From assembly GCA_016178505.1 (NCBI GenBank), contig JACOTG010000190.1:16939-80938 (forward strand): a stretch of 64,000 nt of DNA. Reading direction: 5' to 3'. The stretch is from Planctomycetota bacterium. GTDB taxonomy: Bacteria; Planctomycetota; JACOTG01. A model generated the notes under the pieces. The model saw only the letters and a program-made list of their open reading frames with translations, was not told the origin of the DNA and searched no databases. Below are positions 1 through 7,023 of this stretch, one piece after another (position 1 is the first letter of the stretch; every line of letters begins with the position of its first letter). Position numbers and translations under genes: made by a program.

Positions 1-1199
1 GGAATCCGGGCGCGGTTCTCCGGGCTGAAGTGCTCCGGGTCGAACTGCTCCGGGGTTTCACCCCAGACTCCGGGGTCGCGATGCAACATGCCGATCAAAA
101 TCGTTACCGTGTCGCCCTTCTCGAGTCTGTATTTGCCGCCGATCACCGTGTCCTCGTAGGCGTGGCGGTTGAAGGCCGGCGCCGTGGGCCAGAGCCGCAA
201 CGTCTCATCGAGAATCTGTGAAACGTAGGGCATCTGGTGCGCTTGCGCGTACGTTGGGAGAACGCTCAGGTCCGCGCCGAGCACACGGTCCACCTCGTCA
301 TAGGCCCGCGCCAGCACCGCAGGGTTCTTGAGGAGCGCATCGAGTGCGAACGACAGGAGGCCACTGGTCGTCTCGTGCCCGGCCACAAGGAAGGTGATGC
401 ACTGGGCGATGATGTTCGTCTCGTCGAGCGACTCGCCGGACTGCCGGTCGACACCAGTGAGCATGCGGTCTAGCAGGTCGTTGAAAGTGCCGGTGGTGCT
501 GGACTCGCGGCGCTCCTCGATGATGCGCCGAACCGTCTGAGCCATGAACTCGCCGTGCACCTCCAGCTCCCGGCTCAGTTTGTGATCTAGCCTCTTCTGG
601 ATGGGAAGCTGGCGCGACTGGGCCTGCGCGGCCGCGAGGGAGCCCAACATCGCCACGACGAACGGATGAGGGGTGTCGCGATAGAAGGAGTTGAATCGAT
701 AGTTGAAGCCGCACAGGGCAATGGTGTCGAGCGTGAGGCGCGTCAGGTCGGCCGGCACATCGATCGTATCGTCCGGGTTGAGTCGTTCCCACTTCTGCAC
801 GAGCTGCGCCGCAATGTCGAGCATCATCGGGTGGTAGCTGCGCATCGCGTCCTGGCTGAACGCGGGCAGGAGAATGTTGTGCGCCTTGCGCCAGTAGGGG
901 TCGGTGGTCTCCGAGGTGAACAGGCCGTGTCCCGTCGGGCCGTCGTTCAGTGCTCGAAGACCCGGTCCCAGGCGCTTGTCGAAGCGGGACTCATCGCACA
1001 GTTCGTCGACGAGACCAACCCCTGACACCACGATCCGTGAGTTCCCGCCCGGCAACTCGAGCCGGTAAATTGGTCCGTACTCCCGGGCGAGCGACGTCAT
1101 GCTCTCGATGAGTGTGCTGCTTCCCAGGTCGAACAAGTTGCCGACGAACAGGTGACCCGGGGGCTGCGGTATGGGAATTAGAGGAACATTAGCGGCCAT
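1..1199 (-). CDS. Cytochrome P450, CYP102 (P450 BM3)-like haem domain; 3' end truncated by window edge
   Basis: Absent from the ORF track because it is edge-truncated. Reverse-strand translation from ATG 1199-1197 (SD GAGAGGAAGGA just upstream) stays open to position 1. It reads MAANVPLIPIPQPPGHLFVGNLFDL..DESRFDKRL..GLFTSETTDPYWRKAHNILLPAFSQDAMRSYHPMMLDIAAQLVQKWERLN..TRLTLDTIALCGFNYRFNSFYRD.PHPF..ITFLVAGHETTSGLLSFAL..LRLWPTAPAF..HRDPGVWG. These blocks are near-identical to Bacillus megaterium CYP102A1 as I recall it. The Cys-ligand loop and any reductase domain lie outside the window. Confidence 0.9.
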   Translation of the reverse strand, partial: MAANVPLIPIPQPPGHLFVGNLFDLGSSTLIESMTSLAREYGPIYRLELPGGNSRIVVSGVGLVDELCDESRFDKRLGPGLRALNDGPTGHGLFTSETTDPYWRKAHNILLPAFSQDAMRSYHPMMLDIAAQLVQKWERLNPDDTIDVPADLTRLTLDTIALCGFNYRFNSFYRDTPHPFVVAMLGSLAAAQAQSRQLPIQKRLDHKLSRELEVHGEFMAQTVRRIIEERRESSTTGTFNDLLDRMLTGVDRQSGESLDETNIIAQCITFLVAGHETTSGLLSFALDALLKNPAVLARAYDEVDRVLGADLSVLPTYAQAHQMPYVSQILDETLRLWPTAPAFNRHAYEDTVIGGKYRLEKGDTVTILIGMLHRDPGVWGETPEQFDPEHFSPENRARI

Positions 1200-1738
1200 T
1201 CGCGTTCCTTCCTCTCTTCATTCTTCGCGCCAAGACACTCTCACGATATCGGAGTGCTGAACCTCTGCGATAGACACTCCAGTCCACGCCAGTCCACCGT
1301 CACGATCATTTTATTCGGAAGGAACGAACGGGTGGACCGCACAGCAGCCTTTTTCGAAGTCACCACTGCCGCAGCTCGACAGATCCGCGCGTGCTGGGTT
1401 TTCACCGGCTCTTTCTAGGCTTCCATTCGACCTCGATGCCTCATGCGATCACGCGGTTGCGATGGTGGGGCCGCAAGACCATTCGAGATGAATCGAACCG
1501 GTTTCCCGCGCCGCACGGCCTCGTTCGCCAACGCGACGAGCAGCGTGGCATTTCTTCGAGATTCCTCTCGTCACATCGAGCTGGCAGACGGGCTCGGGAG
1601 TGATCTCCGTCGGCGGTGCGCCTGCACCTATCGCATTTTCGCGTTGCATGGCCTTGGATTCTCCGTTCTTTTTGACCACGATTCACGTTTGGAGAGACGG
1701 TGCAACGAAGACTCCGTCAGAGAATGAGGAGGAATTCG

Positions 1739-3076
1739 ATGGTTTGCGTTCGAGCTCGCTCTTTCTTCGACACCTTCGCCACGCTTGTCGTCGCCGGCGT
1801 TGCGACTCACGCCGCCGCCCAGCCGATCACGGGCAGCGGCACGACGAACAAGATTCCGAAATTCACTGGTCCGACCACCATCGGGGATTCGGTGATGACC
1901 GAGCGAAGTGGACGGATCGGGATCGGCACCGCCAACCCCATGGCGCTGCTCGACGTGTTTGGCGGAGCGTTCTTCCGTGGCTCCAGCTCGGGCACGATGT
2001 TCTTCGCGAACAACGGAGGAACGGGGGACGTCGTCGACTTCCGGTCGAACAACGTCACGCGTTTCTTCATCACCAACGCGGGCAACGTCGGCGTCGGTAC
2101 GTCCACACCGTCGGCGACGCTCGACGTGAACGGGACCCTCGCGGTCGCCGGACGAAACGTGATCGACGCGTCGGGCCAGTGGGTCGGCCGGCCGCCTGGC
2201 GGGATCAACCCCCTCCAGATCGCGACGCTTCGCTGGTACCAGGCCAACCAGACGGGGATCGCCTACCCGGCAGGAACGAATCCCGCCGGCATCGCCTTCG
2301 ACGGCGAGAACCTCTGGATCGCGAACAACACGGGCGCCAACGTCTCGAAGGTCCGCGCCAGCGATGGCGCCTACCTCGGTTTCTTCCCGGTGGCCTCGTT
2401 CCCCGTGGGAGTCGCCTTCGACGGCGCGAACATCTGGGTCACGAACTCCGGGAGCGGTAGCGTCACGAAGCTCCGCGCGAGAGACGGCCAAGTTCTAGGC
2501 GCCTTCGCGGTTGGCAACGGACCACTCGGCATCGCCTTCGACGGCGCGAACATTTGGGTGGCGATCAGCGGCACCAACACCGTCGCGAAGCTCCGGGCGA
2601 GCAACGGAATGCTCCTAGACAATCTCGACACCGGTACCACTCCCAACGCCGTCGCCTTCGATGGCGTGAATGTGTGGGTGACGAACGGATTCAGCGACGA
2701 CGTCACGAGGCTTCGCGCGAGCGACGGAATGAACCGAGCGACGTTCCCGGTGGGAAATAGCCCGGGCGGCATTGCGTTCGACGGCGCCAACATGTGGGTC
2801 GCGAACAGTGGAGCCAACACCGTCACGAAGCTGCGCGCCATCGACGGCCAGAGCCTGGGAACGTTCCCCGTGGGCTCGCTTCCGACCGGAATCGCTTTCG
2901 ACGGCACGAGCATTTGGGTCGTGAACGGCTCCGACAACACCGTCACGAAACTTCGCGCGAGCGACGGAACGAACCTGGGGACGTTCTCCGCGGGCGCCAT
3001 TCCACGCTACATCGCCTTCGATGGCGCGAACATGTGGGTGACGAACGGTAGCGGAAACACCGTGACCAAACTCTGA
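1739..3076 (+). CDS. Secreted 7-bladed NHL-like beta-propeller protein with a tail-fibre-like N-terminal region
   Basis: ORF 1700..3076. I prefer ATG 1739, which has GAGGAGG 6 nt upstream and gives the signal peptide MVCVRARSFFDTFATLVVAGVATHAAAQP. The N-terminal region has IGIGTANPMALLDVFGG and GNVGVGTSTPSATLDVNG motifs. Seven ~40 aa repeats follow, of the form P.GIAFDGANIWV.N.G.NTVTKLRA.DG. Confidence 0.85.
   Translation: MVCVRARSFFDTFATLVVAGVATHAAAQPITGSGTTNKIPKFTGPTTIGDSVMTERSGRIGIGTANPMALLDVFGGAFFRGSSSGTMFFANNGGTGDVVDFRSNNVTRFFITNAGNVGVGTSTPSATLDVNGTLAVAGRNVIDASGQWVGRPPGGINPLQIATLRWYQANQTGIAYPAGTNPAGIAFDGENLWIANNTGANVSKVRASDGAYLGFFPVASFPVGVAFDGANIWVTNSGSGSVTKLRARDGQVLGAFAVGNGPLGIAFDGANIWVAISGTNTVAKLRASNGMLLDNLDTGTTPNAVAFDGVNVWVTNGFSDDVTRLRASDGMNRATFPVGNSPGGIAFDGANMWVANSGANTVTKLRAIDGQSLGTFPVGSLPTGIAFDGTSIWVVNGSDNTVTKLRASDGTNLGTFSAGAIPRYIAFDGANMWVTNGSGNTVTKL
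2258..3073 (+). repeat. Seven in-frame ~120 bp tandem coding repeats (propeller blades)
   Basis: The DNA block atcgccttcgacggcgcgaacat(c/t)tgggt recurs about every 120 nt. It encodes IAFDG(A/E/V/T)N(I/L/M/V)W seven times. Confidence 0.8.
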
Positions 3077-3252
3077 TCGGCGTAGTGTGCAGAAACTCAA
3101 TCGACTTGACACCCCCGTATGATGCGGTAAGACGGGTCGTCGCCGTGGCTGCGGCGGGCGGGATTTGACATGACCAACCGTATTGGACGTAGGAAACGGG
3201 CGCTATCCAGCTTATCCCACGGGGCGACCGAGGCTCCGAAAGGCATGAGTGT

Positions 3253-4128
3253 ATGGAACCCATCGAAGGAGCGGTCGTAGCGGGTATGAAGAGCCGTGAG
3301 CCAGAGACCGGAAAATCCGCTTCCCAGCTCATCGACCAGCGGATCCGCGACCTGGCGGGATGGCGCGGGGAGATACTGGCCCGCATGCGCGCGCTGATCC
3401 TGGACGCCGATCCCGAGATGACCGAGGAATGGAAGTGGGGCACTCCGGTCTGGTCACACCATGGGATTGTGTGCACCGGGGAGTCGTACACCAAGGTCGT
3501 GAAACTCACGTTCGCCCGAGGGGCCAGGATCCCAGACCCATCGCGCCTCTTCAATTCCAGCTTGGAAGGCAATACGCGAAGGGCGATCGACATCCACGAA
3601 GGTGAGAAGGTCGACGCGCGCGCGTTCAAGGCGCTCGTGAAGGCCGCAGTGGCCCAGAATGGCATGCCGGCGATGGCCAAGCCAGGTGCGAGAGAGGCCA
3701 AGCCGATCAAGGCGCGAAAAGGCGAGAAGGTCGTCCGACTCTCAGGCGGCAACCCGCGAATCGCGAAGGCGGACGGCGACGCCCCAGTGCAGGCGTACAT
3801 CGCCGCGATGCCGGGCTGGAAGCGCGAGATCGGGAAGCGCCTCGACGCGCTCATCGTGCGGAACGTGCGCAACGTGCGCAAGGCCGTGAAGTGGAACTCT
3901 CCCTTTTACGGCATCGAGGGCCAGGGCTGGTTCCTGTCGTTCCACGTCTTCACCCACTACGTGAAGGTGGCCTTCTTCCGCGGCACGTCGCTGCGACCGG
4001 TCCCGCCCGGCGCCAGCAAGAGCAAGGACACGCGGTACCTCGACATCCATGAGGGCGACTCCCTCGACGAGGCACAGATGGAAACCTGGGTGAGGCAGGC
4101 GGCGGCGTTGCCCGGCTGGGTTCCGTAG
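3253..4128 (+). CDS. Tandem DUF1801 (YdhG-like) domain protein
   Basis: Two copies of the pattern (W.GEILARMRALILDADPEMTEEWKWGTPVWSHHG..KVVKLTFARG and WKREIGKRLDALIVRNVRNVRKAVKWNSPFYGIEG..HYVKVAFFRG) are joined by an Ala/Lys-rich linker. Confidence 0.8.
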   Translation: MEPIEGAVVAGMKSREPETGKSASQLIDQRIRDLAGWRGEILARMRALILDADPEMTEEWKWGTPVWSHHGIVCTGESYTKVVKLTFARGARIPDPSRLFNSSLEGNTRRAIDIHEGEKVDARAFKALVKAAVAQNGMPAMAKPGAREAKPIKARKGEKVVRLSGGNPRIAKADGDAPVQAYIAAMPGWKREIGKRLDALIVRNVRNVRKAVKWNSPFYGIEGQGWFLSFHVFTHYVKVAFFRGTSLRPVPPGASKSKDTRYLDIHEGDSLDEAQMETWVRQAAALPGWVP

Positions 4129-4221
4129 TCTGCCGTCCTGAGGCTCTGTCGCCTCCCTGTCCTGTGCCTTCCGACAACTCCATCCGACTGAACGGGTCTC
4201 GTTGCCGGCGATCGTGCAACG

Positions 4222-4470
4222 TCAGCGGGGAGTGGTGATGCTGTTTCCCGTTGGCGATCTCGCGATTCGACGCACGCGCTGAATCTGCTCCGAAGCACCG
4301 GAGATCGATTCTCGGTGCATCGCGACGGAGTCTGTTGGCGAACGTGCGTGGCAGTGAAGAAGGCGGTTCGCGACCGCCATCGCCAGAAGAGACGGAATCC
4401 GGCCCGGTGCCACCGGATGACGGTCTCGGGGTTCACGATGATGAGCGCGGACCTCCACGCGGATCACGAG
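4222..4470 (-). pseudogene. Remnant of the N-terminal region of an integrase-type (rve/DDE) IS transposase
   Basis: Reverse strand reads (stop)SAWRSALIIVNPETVIRWHRAGFRLFWRWRSR. This matches the W..WR.AL.IVKPETV.RWHR.GFRL.WRWKSR block I recall at the start of many DDE integrase-type transposases. The following segment is recognisable only in a shifted frame (ISGASEQIQRVRRIARSPTGNS, compare RRMA.ENP.WG). No catalytic domain follows. Confidence 0.5.
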
Positions 4471-4771
4471 CGGGACCGCGCGATTCAATACGACTCGATG
4501 CCGCCGTGACGGGATCCGGAAACCGGAAAAGGCTCTGTGATACACGACACCGGCCCTGGAGAGCTTGCACAGCTTGCCGCTCGTATTGTCGGGATTGCTC
4601 GCCGCCTCTGTGGACGCGAGCACGCAGACGCGGCGTATTTCGTCGATCGCTTGATCCCTCTCGAATCAGGCGCTGTGGCCAAGTCCGCTGAGCACAGGGG
4701 TACGCATTTCGCTAGACCGTCTCGCGCGTCGATGGAGCCGCCATGGTGACGATGACCCGGAGATCAAGAAT

Positions 4772-4954
4772 ATGGCTCTGTTGAAGGGTGAAACCTATCG
4801 CTGTCCGGATGCGACATGCGGTTGCGAGATCCAGGTGACGAAGGGAGCAGCGCCGGGCGGCGGCGGGAGCGCGATGCCTCGATGCTGCTGCGGAGCATCG
4901 ATGGTACGGTCGACGGACGCGCGGGGCAGGACTACCCCAGCAGTACCGAGCTGA
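4772..4954 (+). CDS. Small Cys-rich, putative metal-binding protein (CGCEI..CCCG type)
   Basis: 60 aa: MALLKGETYRCPDATCGCEIQVTKGAAPGGGGSAMPRCCCGASM.. with six Cys in two clusters. GGAGA lies 9 nt upstream of the ATG. The pattern resembles small conserved Y.C....CGCEI.V...P.CCCG..M proteins I recall from stress-gene neighbourhoods. Confidence 0.55.
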   Translation: MALLKGETYRCPDATCGCEIQVTKGAAPGGGGSAMPRCCCGASMVRSTDARGRTTPAVPS

Positions 4955-5029
4955 GAACTCGCGAACGTCGCGCGAACGGCAGCTCGAACTAACGAATCGT
5001 CTGCACTGAACGAGACAAGGACGGGAACC

Positions 5030-5527
5030 ATGCCGGAGAAAAAGACGCTCGAAAGAGCGCGAAAAGACAAACGTCAGGGCAAGTCTCCCTCGACTCAGGC
5101 GGGCGAATTCGTCCGCGAAGAGATTCATCACGTTCGAGAGGGCAAGCACGGCGCGCGCTCCACGAAGCAAGCGATCGCAATTGGCCTCTCGAAGGCGCGA
5201 CGCGCAGGCGTGCATCTGCCTCCACCAGCCGAGGGTCAAGCATCGGTGCGGACGCGACGCCGTGCGGAGCGCGACTACGAGAAGGGCAAGCACCCGAGCG
5301 CGAACGCGTCGTCGACGCGCTCTCGTGCATCCGAGAACGCCCTGAAGCACGAGGGGCATCAGGCCGCGACGCCCGAGGCACTGGCACGTCATGCCCGAAC
5401 GAGTGCGGCTAGGCGTGGAAAGACCGCGCGCTCGAAAGCCGCGCGAAAGGCGGCGCGAACGAAGGGCGCGCGAAACCGTTCACTCGCGGCGAAGAAGGCA
5501 GCCGAAACGCGCGCTGCTCGCTCCTAG
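5030..5527 (+). CDS. Conserved basic small protein (I believe DUF6496-like) with a histone-tail-like Ala/Lys/Arg C-terminus
   Basis: The N-terminus MPEKKTLERARKDKRQGKSPSTQAGEFVREEIHHVREGKHGARSTKQAIAIGLSKARRAGVHLPPP matches a widely conserved block as I recall it. The C-terminal 90 aa are low-complexity and R/K/A-rich. Confidence 0.7.
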   Translation: MPEKKTLERARKDKRQGKSPSTQAGEFVREEIHHVREGKHGARSTKQAIAIGLSKARRAGVHLPPPAEGQASVRTRRRAERDYEKGKHPSANASSTRSRASENALKHEGHQAATPEALARHARTSAARRGKTARSKAARKAARTKGARNRSLAAKKAAETRAARS

Positions 5528-6075
5528 TCCGTTTAGCGGCCTCAAGCCCCAGACCTCTCGGTCGATGTCCCGGATCGGACTGAGTCTGCGACGTGTCATC
5601 GCCGCAACGGTCCCCTCGTGCCTCGAACGGCGGATGCCATCCGGATCGGGATCGATGCGACATCGCGGAGCCGATCGAGTGCGGTCCGAACCAGGAGAGG
5701 CGGCTCCCTCGGGAAGCGAGTGTCGATCGAGGCGCCAGGAGTTTCGGGCGGAGCGCATCGGCACGTGCGTGCCCATCGCTCGCCGGAGTTCGACGTAAGG
5801 GAATCCCTGACGACGCAATCAGCGGCTCCCCGATTTTCAGTCTCCGTAGCCGACGTAGGATACCCGAGCGAAACGTCTTGAACGGCGGTTCGCGACGTGT
5901 CGGTCGACAACGAAGTGCTGATCATTCACAGTCGATTCTTCTCGCGTGTATTTGTCCGCGGAGTCGAAGCACATTTCGAAGGTCCAGTCGATTGCGAGCT
6001 TCTCCGCGCACGGGCGCCGCAGTTCCGGAAAACGGAGCGCTGTTGGGTGCCACGGACGGACGAGAGAGGCGCAAC

Positions 6076-6330
6076 ATGAGCCATGAATCGGTGAAATCTG
6101 GACCTTGCGAGTTTCCCTGGACCTTCGGATTGCCTTGCGGCCAAGCGGGCCGGTGGTATGACGGTCAAGGACCCTGCGGTAATAGTGTGTGCGGCGAATC
6201 GGATGGCCGCCTCGTCACCACCAACGCCTTGTCATTCGCCACGTACTCGTGCGCGGAACACGCTCTGCCGACCGCTCAACTCACGCATGATTCGGGAGCG
6301 TTCTTTTGCGCGGAGCATGCGCCTCGCTAA
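6076..6330 (+). CDS. Hypothetical 84 aa Cys-rich protein with duplicated CAEHA motif
   Basis: This is the last 84 codons of track ORF 5593..6330. ATG 6076 has GAGAGAGG 5 nt upstream. Sequence: MSHESVKSGPCEFPWTFGLPCGQAGRWYDGQGPCGNSVCGESDGRLVTTNALSFATYSCAEHALPTAQLTHDSGAFFCAEHAPR. The composition is not Arg-rich, but GC3 is lower than in neighbouring genes. Confidence 0.3.
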   Translation: MSHESVKSGPCEFPWTFGLPCGQAGRWYDGQGPCGNSVCGESDGRLVTTNALSFATYSCAEHALPTAQLTHDSGAFFCAEHAPR

Positions 6331-7023
6331 TCCGCGCGGAGCAGCGTCTCCTCGAAGCTCGAGAGATCTTTGGCTCCGCGTCTCGACGAGCGGCGGAACG
6401 GCGTCGCGGGCCGGCGCAGTCTCGCTCGCGGTCGGTGACGGCACGTCGAGGGATTCGAAATCTGGATGCGGCGCCGATGCGTGCCCCTGTGTCGTCTGCG
6501 ATTGCGCTATGATGCGGGCGTGCGAAAGCAATCGACTGATCGGACACGCAAAAGGATCCTCGCATGCCCACGCTGCCAGGGGATCTTCGAAGAGCACGTC
6601 AACGCGCTCGCCCCTCGTCGAGTTCGATTTTGTCCGCATTGCCTCGAAGGCGTCCGCATCGATCCGAATGCGATCGAACCCGGCCGCCAAGCCGCCGCTA
6701 TCGGTCGATCGAACAACGCCGCACCATCGTCGAGGAACATCCGGATTCCCAGTCGGCCGCCGGGATTGGCCGGCATGTTCAAGAGCGCGGCGAGGCGCCC
6801 AATTTCTGGGTCAGGCTAACCGACGCCTTCCGGTGTCGAATACGACTTCTCCGGGATCCTGTCCCTGCCCTTAATCATTCCCCGTAGGCTGCACGTTTCG
6901 ACTCAATTCTCCGGCGATGAACTTCTCCGTCGGCAACACGATGGTGGTGCTCTCGGAGTGATGGATGACTCGAGGGGCATTGAGTCGCTCTCGATCCGAA
7001 TGCGCGGGGACGGGGTTGTTCGT

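Noticed and set aside
1628-2491. 287 aa ORF antisense to the NHL-propeller gene. The same pattern occurs elsewhere, for example 14227..15405(-), 15508..16473(-), 25066..26589(+), 31641..33638(-), 35030..36631(-), 43490..45778(-), 47516..49288(-) and 58608..60275(-).
   Set aside because: These ORFs are extremely Arg/Pro/Gly/His-rich and have no recognisable motifs. Each lies opposite a gene with strong family signatures. Such shadow ORFs are typical of GC-rich DNA.
5593-6075. The first 160 codons of the 245 aa track ORF, together with other ORFs in 5530-6075 on both strands. These include a start-less minus-strand frame reading ..AIDWTFEMCFDSADKYTREESTVNDQHFVVDRH..
   Set aside because: They have Arg-rich composition or no start codon, no SD and no motif. 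The stretch may be decayed coding sequence, but I cannot support a call.
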